64,000 nt of DNA, taken from NCBI RefSeq assembly GCF_006345805.1, contig NC_043017.1, forward strand, positions 9,114,001 to 9,178,000, in the 5' to 3' direction. The position numbers were made by a program, and so were the translations under genes. This document shows, piece by piece, positions 12,726 to 24,789 of this stretch. This DNA is from Octopus sinensis. Taxonomy: Eukaryota. Under the pieces are notes generated by a model. It saw only the letters and a program-made list of their open reading frames with translations. It made no database searches and was not told where the DNA came from. How positions within the stretch are numbered: position 1 is the first letter of the stretch; every line of letters starts with the position of its first letter.

Positions 12726-13941
12726 ATAAGAGGTGTTATCAGAAAGCTTTCAGACTGCATTAACAACAAATAATCCCAGGCATCCAGTTTACTGAGACTA
12801 CCAACTGGTGTCATGCTGTCAACTCCTGGTCAATAATTTCAACAAGTTTTCCCAATACGATGTTAGAACAGCTTTGGGAATGTCTACAATGGATGACAAA
12901 TGCATACAACATGCCTCAACAAGTTGGGTTTTACAAGAAGCTCAACAAATCTGCAATGGAGATATTTAACCCTTTCGTTACCAACTCGGCTGAAACCAGC
13001 TCTGGCTCTGTAGTACAAATGTCTTGTTCTCATAAGTTTTGAATTAAAATCTTCCACCAAACCTTAGCCACAATTAATGTTCCTAATACTAGCTTAATGA
13101 TCTATCTATCTATCCACTCAGTCGAAGTCGACTCTTGGTTACTCGATGGATCAGTGTCCTCCAGTCAGTTCTATCCTGGGCCGCTTCTTTCAGATTGGCT
13201 ATGTCCATTCCAGTATCACTCTTGATGGTGTCAAGCCAGCGGGTTCTTGGTCGGCCTCTTCCTCTCTTGCCACTGACCATTCCGAGCATGATGACCTTCT
13301 CCAGGGATTTTAATGATAACTAAGTTATTTTACTAAATTCTTTGTTTTATTTTAAATTGAAAGAAAAACAGAACATCTCAAAATAAATACGGTAATGAAA
13401 AGGTTAAAAGGCTTTGTTCAGCTTTGGGTGAATGGTCTTTCAATTGAACGGGTGGCACGTGTGTTTCAAGGTGGGTTGAGGGTTAGCTCAAATCTATGAG
13501 CATTGAGAAGGACCAATCTTGTGGAAGAATTGAAAAAAATGTGATCTTATGGAAGAGGATCAACACCGAACAATCCACTGAACCTGCTCGCATGTCTAGA
13601 AACAGTTATGCAGTTTCCCAAGGTAGACTTATTTAATATGCAACAGGATTGAGAAAGAATCTTTTCTTTCACCAAAAGCTGAACAAACCCTAACCCCCCA
13701 TTGCAGAGTTGCTGAGCTTCTGACTTGTGCAGGTATGTTGTATGCATCTGTCATCCATCGTAAACATCCCAAAGCTGTTCTAACATAATGTAAGAAAACC
13801 TTGTGTAAATTATTGACTAGAGGTAGACAGTGTGACACCATTTACTAGACTGACTCAATAAGCTGGATACCTGGGATTATTTGTTATTTAATCACCTGTA
13901 CAATTACTGCAGTCTGAAAGCTTTCTAGTAACACCTCTTGT
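12726..13941. mobile_element. Non-autonomous mariner-type element with long (~230 bp) diverged inverted arms and nested insertions
   Basis: Left end TAAGAGGTGTTATCAGAAAGCTTTCAGACTGC pairs with right end GCAGTCTGAAAGCTTTCTAGTAACACCTCTTG. Arms 12726-12960 and ~13690-13941 are inverted copies. Confidence 0.7.
12970..13403. mobile_element. TTAA-flanked MITE (piggyBac-like ends) nested in the mariner derivative
   Basis: TTAA|CCCTTTCGTTACC ... GGTAATGAAAAGG|TTAA. It contains a LINE 3' fragment with (TCTA)n at ~13100-13305. A related copy at 14276-15008 carries a nested SINE. Confidence 0.7.
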
Positions 13942-14589
13942 GCACACACAAATACATATACACCCAAACATATATGTACATTTGTATGCATTTAATCATG
14001 CTTTATCTTTTAATTTTGATGACGTGATGGTTTATTTTTAGAATGGCATTGTAGGGTTGGTGTGAAAGGTCAGATCCAGCCAGTTTCAACATAAAACAGG
14101 TAGAATATTCGAGCCTAGTATATAGCTGGTTAAATGCTAAAGGATTAGTGAAAGTTGAATAAACAAACTTAAAAACTGTGGGGAAAGTGATTTGTTGAAA
14201 GTAATAAAAAAAATTTAAAAAATAAATTGGAAAATATCAATGAAAATTTATTTTTGAGATTAAAACAAAATTTAACCATTTTGATACAAATCTATCTGAA
14301 ACCACCCTTGGTTCAATATGATGCAAGCTCTCCATTTGAAAGTGATCTAAGTCAAAACCTTCCACCAAAATTTCATGATATATATTTCAAACACCAAGTT
14401 AGTGACCCCTTTGGTCATGAATGACCATGGGATTGCACCTAGAAAGTTCCCCTCTGAGGCACAAGTCTGGGCAAGGTTGTTTATGGAAGACCAGCAGTTG
14501 CCAACACATACCAGCCTCCCCTCTCCACGCGACCAATGTTATCCAAGGGAAAGGCAAAGGGGCCAATACAGCTTGGCACCAGTGACGTC

Positions 14590-14910
14590 ACAGCTCATTT
14601 ATTAACGTGCAAGTGGCTGAGCACTCTACAGACACATGTACCCTTAATGTAGTTCTCGGGGAGATTCAGCATGACACAGAGTGTGACAAAGCTGGCCCTT
14701 TGAAATACAGGTACAACAGAAACAGGAAGAAAGAGTGAGAGAAAGTTGTGGTGAAAGGGTACAGCAGGGTTCACCACCACCCCCTGCCGGAACCTCATGG
14801 AGCTTTAGGTGTTTTCGCTCAATAAACTCACAATGCCCGGTCTGGGAATCAAAAATGTGATTCTACGACCGCGAGTCCGCTGCCCTAACCACTGGGCCTT
14901 TGCACCTCCA
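14590..14910 (-). mobile_element. tRNA-derived SINE family C nested in a TTAA MITE
   Basis: Reverse complement of the 31094-31477 element, with CpG decay. Confidence 0.75.
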
Positions 14911-16394
14911 CAAACACCAACTTAATGGCATAGTTATTTTACTAAATTCTTCATTAGTTTCAAAATTAATTAAACAAAGCCGTCAACATAAATATGGAAA
15001 TGAAAAGGTTAAAAAGCAGGACAACTGACTATCCCAAAGCATTCTTTTAAGACACAAAGATTATTATTTAAAAACTAGGACATCTAGACAGCCTACAACC
15101 AGGAGATTCTCATGGTAAACTTGAACATGCATTGTTGTGCTGTGGAGTTTTGTCTCTCAGCTCTTTGACACTCAAAGAAAAGCAGTGATGCCTTGACTTC
15201 AGGATTTTCCCCAAGACAAAAATGAAGCTGAAAGGGACACACACCACTTTGAGAAGAGGGATGAGTTTCGGACATAGTCACATGCAGAACTGGATGGCCT
15301 TCAGGAAGAGGGTGTTCACAGTAACTTCAAGGTACAGAAGACACCTAGGGATCACTGTCTATGTTCTCAAAGAGATTATTTTGAAAAGGATAGGGCCTGA
15401 TTATATGAAGTATATTATTTACCATAAAACTGGTGTAAATTTAGGTTGGAGCCATCTGATATCGTCATGTTTGTATGTGTGTGTGCATATTACATATCAT
15501 CATCATCATCATCATTTAATATCTGTATTCCATGTTGAAATGGATTGGATGCTTAGACAGGATCTGAGAGGTCAGAGGTCTGTACCAAACCCCATTGTCT
15601 GTTTTGACAGGATTTCTACAGCTGGATGCCCTCTTTAATGCCAACCAAGTCACAAAGTGTGCTGGGTGCTTTTAGTTTCACTGGCACTAGTGAGGTTACC
15701 AAGTGGCAAGACAGGACCCATTGATTAAGGGTGGGGTTTATTGAGGGAGGTGGTTTATGTCAGTTGTTGAGAGGCAAGAGTATGAATAAAGGGACAGGAA
15801 CATGTGTTTAGCAATAGAAGGGATACTTGGCCAACACTACTTGGAAAAGGGGAGAAGATGGTGATAATAAGGTGTCAGGATGCACCTTTAAGATAAATAA
15901 AGGTGAATATGAGGGGGATGGGGATAGAGAAATAGGTGTGGGTGGTAGGGGCAAAGGATCAATTAAGTTCACAAGAATGTGATATGAGCAACAGGTTGTT
16001 TGAGGTAGGAAATATGGAGGATATATAGTGAATGGCTTGCAAACAGGGGAGAGGGCATTGTCAATGGTGAATATCGGTTGGGGGGGGGGGAAATAGGAGT
16101 GGTAGTACCAAAAAAAAGTGTGTGTGTGTGTGTGTGTGTACATGTATATATATATTCTATGATATGTTTCAGTCATTTGATTGTGGCCATGCTGGGGTAC
16201 CACCTTGAAGGGTTTTAGTTGAAGAAATCGATCCCAGAACTTATACTTTATAAGCTTGGTACTAATTCTATCAATCTCTTTTGTTGAACTACTAAGTTAT
16301 GGGGGATGTAAACACACCAACATCGGTTGTCAAGTGATGTGGGGGGACCAACACAGACACAAAGATACATATATACACACACTATATATATATA

Positions 16395-16735
16395 CTAGCA
16401 GCTAAGCCCAGTTTCACCTGGTCAGTTTGGATGATATGGCTGTAAAACCTGCTTTTTGTAAGCATTCAACTTGTTTGGGCATGCTTATGTTAAAAAACAA
16501 TTTTAGAAGGACTTTTTTCTGTCAAAATGCTAAAAATAACTGCCCAAGCAAAAAAAAAAAAAAATAACCCAACTAAGATTCAACCAAATCAGAAAATAAG
16601 CCCAAATACTAAGCAAACGAAGAACACCACCGGATCATTCTACATGTGTTATTTTTCGCGCAATTCCACCCAGCCGTTTGACCATGAATCCCAAGACAAG
16701 AAAAAATCGCCCATGTTAAATTTATATATATATAT
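16395..16735 (-). mobile_element. Non-autonomous Helitron-like element
   Basis: Minus strand begins with a TATATATAAA-type 5' end and finishes with a GC-rich imperfect hairpin (CCAGGTGAAACTGGG) followed by CTGCTAG|T. It is inserted in the TA tract of a family A SINE. Confidence 0.6.
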
Positions 16736-17889
16736 AACCATCATCATCGTTTAATGTCCACTTTCCATGCTGACATGGGTTGGACAGTTTGACTGAGAGC
16801 TGGCGAGCCAGAAGACTGCATCAGTCTCCAATCTGATCTATGTGACAAAGTTTCTACAGCTGGATGCCCTTCCTAATGCCAACCACTATGAGAGTGTAGT
16901 GGGTGCTTATACATGCTAACAGCATGAGGGTGATACTGGCATTGGCCACAATATATATACATATATACACACACAACAGGCTTCTTTCAGTTCCTGTCTA
17001 CCAAATCCACTCACAAGGCTTTGGTCAGCCAGAGGCTATAGTTTCTTATTTACTTCTTTATTGCCCACAAGGGGCTAAACATAGAGGGGACAAACAAAGG
17101 GATTAAGTCGATTACATCGACCCCAGTGCGTAACTGGTACTATAGCCAGAGGCTATAGTGGAAGAGACTTGACCAAGGTACAACACAGCAGGACTGAAAC
17201 CAGAACCATGTGGTTGGGAAGCAAGCTTCTTACCACAGTCACACCTGCACCTTATACATAGATATAATTAATTCTTCCATGGGTTAAATGGATAAATATT
17301 GGTAGAAGAATTTTATGGCCAGATGCTCTTTCTATCACCAATTGTTACCTGTTTTTCAAATAAGGCTTTTTTTTTTTTTTATTCCAGAGGTCTTTGAAAG
17401 AGCAGAGTGATCAGTCATAATGCCAACAAGGAATGTGTGAGGGTGTGTCACATGTGTGTGTGTGTTTGTGTGTGAAGGTGCAAGGCCAAGGTTAGGTTGC
17501 TGCTCTCATGATTACTAGACTGTGGGATTGATTCCCAAACCAGGTGATGTGTTGTGTTCTTGAGTAGAATTATTGTTGTGTCAGCAGAGATGCTTTACCT
17601 CTACATGCTCTTTTGACCTACTAGAAATAGCAGCCAAATCTCTACTGTAATAAACTGGTGTGATATCCAGGGGATGTCTCACATCACAGTGGCTCACTAT
17701 AGCCCACGTTACCTTAATTGACTCACAGCTGTGAACAGCAGCCACCAAGTCATCTGGGAAATATTTACCTGTGAGTAACAGGTGTCACATCCAAGATGAG
17801 ATTAATATTTCTCTCAAAGGTCCAGAGTCGACCAACACCCCTAAAAAACAACCTTTCAATATGTATGTAATACTTACATTGTGTATAAA

Positions 17890-18420
17890 TACCTTTTACC
17901 TTTTACTTGTTTCAGTCATTTGACTGTGGCAATGCTGGAGCAAATAGCCCCAGGACTTATTCGTTGTAAGCCTAGTACTTATTCTATCGGTCCTGTTTGC
18001 CGAACCGCTAAGTTACGGGGACGTAAACACACCAGCATCGGCTGTCAAGCGATGTTGGGGAGGGGGGACAAACAGATGCACAAACATATATACACACATA
18101 CACATACATATATACGACGGGCTCCTTTCAGTTTCCGTCTACCAAATCCACACATAAGGCTTTGGTCGGCCCGAGGCTATAGTAGAAGACACTTGCCCAA
18201 GGTGCCACGCAGTGGGACTGAAGCCGGACCAGGTGGTTGGTTAGCAAGCTACTTACCACACAGCCACAACAAGCTTCTTTCAGTTTCCGTCTATCAAAGC
18301 CACTCATGGATTTTGTTGGCCCGAGGCTATAGTACAAGACACTTGCCCAAGGTGTCAGATAGTGGGACCGAACCCGGAACCATGTGGTTGGGAAGCAAGC
18401 TTTTTTTTCCCACACAGCCA
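17890..18420 (-). mobile_element. SINE family A with duplicated head region
   Basis: Head segment CTTTCAGTTTCCGTCTA...CACAGCCAC occurs twice (~18120-18267 and ~18272-18421). CpGs are largely intact. Confidence 0.8.
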
Positions 18421-20440
18421 CGAATAAACATCGCCGACTACAGATAAAACAAAAATAAAACCACACAAACAGTATTTGGTCGACAGCTGCAGATATTGAA
18501 TCGACCCTTACCCAGCAATTCTGTCACTAACATACGACGACCTAGTTGCAAGTTGTGGAACTAACTTATAAACATGTATACACACACGCACGCGCTTGTC
18601 CGCACCCGTCTACGTACACAGCGCAAATCAGGACTTCCACGTCGCCGGCAATTGTAATGGCAACAAATTAACAATAATAATAATAAGAATAAGAATACTC
18701 TATATAAATAATAAATTAAAAAACTAGCAGCAACAGTAGTTGTAAAGGTGGTGGCGGTGGGAAGAAAGAGTCTGGAAGACAACTGGTCAAAGGATCGCAT
18801 CAACATGCTTCCACCGCCCTCAGCACAAGTTGATTCTCTCATCAAAGAGCCTCTCACAGTACGGGAGTTTGGGGGATGTGGCTGGCTAGTTTTTCGTTTC
18901 TTTTTCTTAAAATCTATGTTTTTACATAAACCTCACAAGTATACACTAAACACACATATACATACATACATGCTTCGCTATTTTCATGAAACCTGTCCAT
19001 ACTGTGCATGAATACTTCGTGTATCTAGATTCAACGTTGTCTTACATCACATTCCCCTTAACGGCTAACCCAAGACCGAGACTTCGAAGTCACTTTTGCC
19101 CCTCTTGTAAAAAGTACAATAAATATGCACCTTTCAGGATAATGTTAAGCTGTTTTCATACATAATTCGACATAAAAAACATCTGTACAGACGCACGCAT
19201 AATATACATACATAATTTTGTGTGTACATGCATATATAGATATATATTGTCGTCTGTAAGATCGTACGTAGAGAGAAAACATGTAGCGACAAAAGCCGTC
19301 TTAAGACACGAACACATTGGGCAAGTGCCCTGAAAACCCACAGGATCAGGGGGTCCAGTTCTGATCTATGTATGCTGTGGGACTTGTTATCAATAAAGAA
19401 ATACTATAAGGGACCAGTGCATTTATTCGCCCGGGGTGGGGTCTTATAACGCAGCTAAGATGCCCTTAGTAGCGACAACAGAGGCGTTAATGACCAGCTT
19501 TCACACAATATAAAATATAATGTAATTCATACGTTAATGTATATTCAAAAGAATATATATGAGAAAGACAATTAATTTAAGACGTTAATTAAGCTTCTTC
19601 TAACCTACCATATCCCTCATTACGAATTTCCACCACCACGACCACCCTCATTTTTCTCTTTACAGATGATACACAAAGGACTGCAAACGTAACCCTTATA
19701 TCTATCTATCTACCTACCTACCTACCTATCCAACCACACGCTCATGTGTAATCAAACACAGTTCAAATACCAATTAATAATTTCGTTGCTATTTGCTATC
19801 TTGTTTCATTGTCGTTCGTTGTTGTTTATAGAAGAGGCTACACGATTATTTCCCAGGTAACCGGTATTAAACTGTAGCATGTCCCCCGCCACACACACAC
19901 AATTTCTAACTATTGAACTGTCTCAATCGATACTCCGAGTTTCACCTTTCTTATACGAAAAGGTCAAACACGAAGAGTACTAATTGCGAAGTTTCAATAT
20001 AAACCAACGTCCATTTACTACATATATATATGTGTGTGTGTGTCCAGACACACGGAGGAGGCCAACCCTGAATAAGCAGAGCTATGATCAAAGACGTTAC
20101 AACCATGACCATCCTCACCCTTCTGTCGGACACTGCATATCCTAGGAGACCACACTATTCGATGCGCCATTTAGTTTCCCGAGATATCAGGGTATAATCC
20201 GAGGGAGATTTAGCTGCTATTTCTAGTAGCCTAAACGACCACGTTGAGGCACCCTCGTTGACAAAACCAAATGTGTACAGAATCTCCGAGATTGTTCCTT
20301 CAACTCGGTGACTAGACTTGCTAGAAATAGCAACCAAATCTCATTCAAATCACAGTCTCAAACAAGACAAGGACACGGCTGACAATGAGAATGTCCAGGT
20401 GTGCAGAAACATGCGTGCGGTGTGTATATGTATGTATGTA

Positions 20441-20475
<35 letters not shown>

Positions 20476-21623
20476 ACATTGTATCATACTTGGGTTTCTG
20501 TATAACATGTTATACGTAATCAGCGACGGTGTGTATATTGTAAGGTGTTCGGAAGCTGATAGTGTGATGAAATTAGGAGGCAAGGAGACCGAATATAGAT
20601 ACCAGACGTGGGTATATCTCTGACCGAATTTTAATCACCACTATCGATAATATAGTATTAACATTACGGGCTGGAGCTAATGTATAAAACACTCTGGGTA
20701 GAATGGTAGGTACTACGCGCGCGCGTGTGTATGTGTGTATATCTAAATCCTAAAATATATATCCACGTATACATACGGCGGATGGTTTGAAGCGGAACGA
20801 AAGTTAAGATGTTAAATCTAATACGTCAAAAGAACCATCTGGTCTGGTTCTTGCCGACTAATAATGATAATGATAATAATAATAATTGGTTTATATTTGT
20901 CATTCAGGCAGCAAATGTCGAGGAAACGAAGGGAACGATTTATGATGACGACGACGATTTGTAGCAGAGAGTCCCAAAATCCAGAAATTTTTTGTGGGGG
21001 CGGGGAGACACGAGGGAGGCTGAAAAGTCGGTTCGATGCAAGGCCACAAGTACCTGACGGGAGCTTTACGGTTATGTCAGACCCCGGAAGAGTGTAAAGC
21101 AAAATTGACACCATTGGGATTTGAACTACTACTACTAATACTACTACAACAGAAAGAATAAAAGCTATTTAGTATGTCGTTCTTTTTAGTAAACTTGGAA
21201 GTAAATGACATATAAGGGGAGTAAAAGAGGTGAAAATAAATCTGTTAGGGGACAGACATATAACGAAGTGGGAATAAAAAAATATTAACGGCAAGTCAAT
21301 CGCCTACGTGGTAGGTCGAGCGGCTAGAAATAGCAGTCACGTCTTGTTTTAATTCAGGCCTTTATAGAATTAAAAATTAGAAGGATACCTTAGATAATGT
21401 AATGCCAGATATGTTTTTTATAATAACGGCTGGAAGGTCACGAATGGAATACGTTTGGTCATAGATATTACTCAAACAGGGCGGACCTGTAGTTAAACGA
21501 TGACAGCAGACGAGAAAAAAAGGGGGAGGATGGATTTGGTATGCAACGAAAAACAGAACCCTTAACAACAACAACAATAATAATAAGCGGCAGCGAAGGA
21601 TGATGATGAAAAATATATCTTAC

Positions 21624-21686
21624 CCTAAGTACATGATAACCTTCGGTTCCACCACCAGGTACTTCGGTGCTGAAAGAGCCTCCCAT
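21624..21686 (-). CDS. GORASP2: GRASP55/65-family Golgi reassembly stacking protein, coding exon 1 (MGGSFSTEVPGGGTEGYHVLR)
   Basis: Minus strand reads ATG at 21686 through ...GTA CTT AGG, then a GTAAGA donor at 21623. The 21-codon peptide matches the GRASP N-terminus (MGxxxSxExPGGGTEGYHVLR), with a G2/S6 myristoylation consensus. The 63-nt phase-0 exon matches vertebrate GORASP exon 1 as I recall it. An invertebrate gene is probably co-orthologous to GORASP1 and GORASP2. Confidence 0.96.
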
Positions 21687-21786
21687 GGTAAGAAGAGAAG
21701 CCCCGGAGAAGAGGAAGTAGAGCAAGAAACAATAGAGCTCGACGAAGACGGGGGTGTTGGTTCCAACACCGCAAACTGACAAACCA

Positions 21787-21880
21787 AGACAACCAATATG
21801 GCCGCCAACGTGGCAGGAAGTAACATACATGGAGTTTCCGGTTCCGGGGACACGGGGTAAGACGTGAGCGATATCGCGTT
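21787..21880 (-). promoter_or_regulatory. Likely TATA-less GORASP core promoter: YY1-like, ETS-like and ACGTG motifs
   Basis: CpG-rich patch 110-190 bp upstream of the ATG. It contains AATATGGCCGCC (21795-21806, YY1-type), ACGTGGC (21808-21814), CAGGAAGT (21814-21821), TTCCGGTTCCGG (21836-21847, two ETS cores) and GACGTGA (21861-21867). Confidence 0.6.
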
Positions 21881-22310
21881 AACACACACCATCCATATCC
21901 TATGGAAGCATAAAACTGTTATAAAATATATTGGATTTATATTATGCAATAGAAATCTGTTTCTCCGTCGAAGCTACTAATATAGACACACACACACACA
22001 TAGACACACGCAGACACAAATGCGAGAAGATGCATGTATGTGTGCGTATATTTATGTGTGTGTGTATGAGTGTGTGTGAGTGTGTTAGTCTTTATTAGTG
22101 TCAGTCATTTGCTTACAGCCATACTGCTGCAAAATATTCAGAGGTTTTTACTAAAATACGTTGATTTAGTATAACTTCTTTTAGCGATCTTTATGAATGC
22201 GATACCATTTATCAGAGTTACGTCCCTTCAAAGATTTATCTCCCTTTTCCAGACCGAAACGTAATAAAATGTCTTCAAGGACGTTGATTTTAACAAACGC
22301 ACATACACTC

Positions 22311-22341
<31 letters not shown>

Positions 22342-22374
22342 GTGTGTATGCGTGCGTGCGTGTATTTTCGATAT

Positions 22375-22578
22375 TCTTTTACTCTTTTACTTGTTTCAGT
22401 CATTTGACTGCGGCCAAGCTGGAGCACCGCCTTTAGTTGAAGAAATCGATCCCAGGACTTATTTTTGTAAGCCTAGTACTTATTCTATCGGTGTCTTTTG
22501 CCGAACCCCTAAGTGACGGGGACGTAAACACACCAGTATCGGTTGTCTAGCGATGCTGGGGAACAAACACTGACACAA

Positions 22579-22621
<43 letters not shown>

Positions 22622-22790
22622 CATATATATACGATGGGCTTATTTCAGTTTCCGTCTACCAAATCCACTCACAATGCTTTGGTCAGCTTGAGGCTGTAGT
22701 AGGAGATACCTGCCCATGGTGTCACGCAGTGGAACAGAACCTGGAACCATGTGGTTGGTAAGCAAGCTACTTACCACACAGCCACTCCTG
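22375..22790 (-). mobile_element. SINE family A
   Basis: Full colinear copy with an internal (CA)n. Confidence 0.8.
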
Positions 22791-22879
22791 CATGAAAACC
22801 AAATTTATTCATTAAGAAATGTTTATTTTTCGAAAGACCAACATAGAAGTCGTTCACATGCGATGTTCCTAATGGATCT

Positions 22880-22911
<32 letters not shown>

Positions 22912-23140
22912 TACACACACACACACGCACTATCTCTCACTTTCTTCCCATTCCTCACCCTTTCGTACTATCTTATATCTCTCTCCACCCCTACATACTC
23001 AATAATACTATAAAAAGAGACAAAATTCCTGAAAAAGTTCAATCTGATGACTCCACTGGAGTGGACGCAAGCATGTGACATATTAATAAATATCTGTAAA
23101 TATAAAACCATCCAAATTTCTGAGTATCTCATTTTTTCTA

Positions 23141-23190
<50 letters not shown>

Positions 23191-23257
23191 ACATATATGT
23201 ATATTATTCATATGGGCAAGTGTGTTCTACTATAGCCTGAAACTGAAAGAAGCCCGT

Positions 23258-23304
<47 letters not shown>

Positions 23305-23373
23305 CGACGGGCTTCTTTCAGTATATATATCTATTATATTATATTATATTATATTATATATATTATATATATC

Positions 23374-23405
<32 letters not shown>

Positions 23406-23422
23406 TATATATATATTATAAT

Positions 23423-23615
23423 AGTTAATCCAACACAAAAAACACAGAAAAAAAGAGAAAAGATGAGAAAAAAACACACCAACGCAGGACGTGGAACAAT
23501 TAAAGTATTATTGACGCTCAGGAAAGAAGGGAAGGAGGGTTTAACGTTTTGAGCGGAGCTCTTCGTCGGAAACAAGGAGAAGGAAAGATCCCAAGGAGGG
23601 AAGACAGAGGAGACA
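23423..23615 (-). mobile_element. Third copy of the hammerhead-bearing short element (motif 23539-23573, G12>A damaged)
   Basis: Reverse complement reads GTTT-CCGACGA-A-GAGC-TCC-GCTC-AAA-ACGT-T-AAAC and abuts (TA)n. Confidence 0.65.
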
Positions 23616-23918
23616 ATATTTGAGCTGGTAGTGCTCAAGAGATCACGTATGTATGTATGTATGTATGTATGTGTGTATATGCATATATCTATGTGTGTGC
23701 CTTTGTGTTTGTGTTTGTCCATTCCCGTCACCGCTTGACAGCCGGTGTTGGTGTGTTTACATCCCCGTAACTTAGCAGTCAGCAAAAGAAGCCGATAGAA
23801 TAAAATAAATACTAGGCTTTTAGAAAATAAGTCCCGGGGTGATTTGTTCGACTAAAACCCTTCAATGTGGTGCTCCAGCATGGCCGCAGTCATGTGACTG
23901 AAACAAGTAAAAGAATAA

Positions 23919-23959
<41 letters not shown>

Positions 23960-24331
23960 CCCCCCTCTCTCTCTATATATATATATTTACAAATTCTTCA
24001 AGGTGATGCCCCAGCATGGTCGCAGTCCAATGACTGAAGCCGGTAAGAGATAAAAGACACATATATACGCATATCGTTTCAAAATATTCGCAATATTTCT
24101 GAACGACACCATTTTTGGAAATGACAACTCTATATTTACCATGTTTTACATATCTATGATGTTTGTTTGGCAGAAAGTATTTTTTTAATGATAATATTAA
24201 AAAAAAAAACAACAAAAAACAAATGTCTGGACAATCCGAATTATATTTTCATTTATTTTTAAAATTATTCGTCTGTCAAATATTAGAATTTCTGTAGGCC
24301 GAACAAAATAGTGTTAATTGATTTGATGGCA

Positions 24332-24390
<59 letters not shown>

Positions 24391-24594
24391 TATTATATAT
24401 ATATATAAATATACATATATATACTTCTTTTTCTTCCCTACCATAATTCACAACGACCTTGAACCACAAGTGTGAACAAAGAGACAGAGCAAGGCAGAAA
24501 GAAGGAAAATGCCACTTATATTTGAACACTATACAAATATTCCTTTAAAAAAACATTTCTTTTAATTTTTCTAAATTTAATTATTTAATCGTTA

Positions 24595-24633
24595 CAGTTG
24601 AAAAAGGTCTCAAAATGACTGAAACCGGTACTG
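24595..24633 (+). ncRNA. Candidate minimal type I hammerhead ribozyme, U3-A8 core variant
   Basis: CAG-TTGAAAA-A-GGTC-TCAAAAT-GACT-GAA-ACCGGT-A-CTG: stem I CAG/CTG, stem II GGTC/GACT, palindromic stem III ACCGGT, GUA cleavage triplet. Confidence 0.55.
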
Positions 24634-24789
24634 AAATGTTCTTTATAAAATTATTTTAGCATTTTCTATTTTGACATATTTTTTCATATATATCAACTCG
24701 TGTGTTCCTTTTCATCCTTATACATACATACATATATATATATAAGTATACAGACAGACACACAGACTTATATATGTATATATGAACAA

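Larger units (their letters stand above)
1408..21623 (-). other. GORASP intron 1 (20,216 bp, GT-AG), packed with SINEs, MITEs and microsatellites
   Basis: Bounded by the donor of exon 1 and the acceptor of exon 2. The two exons join without a gap in the protein consensus. Confidence 0.9.

Noticed and set aside
23040-23080. CTGATGA-C-TCCAC-TGGA-GTGGA-C-GCAA-GCATGT hammerhead-like relic
   Set aside because: GAAA box is mutated and there is no valid UH plus stem I. At best a dead pLTR.
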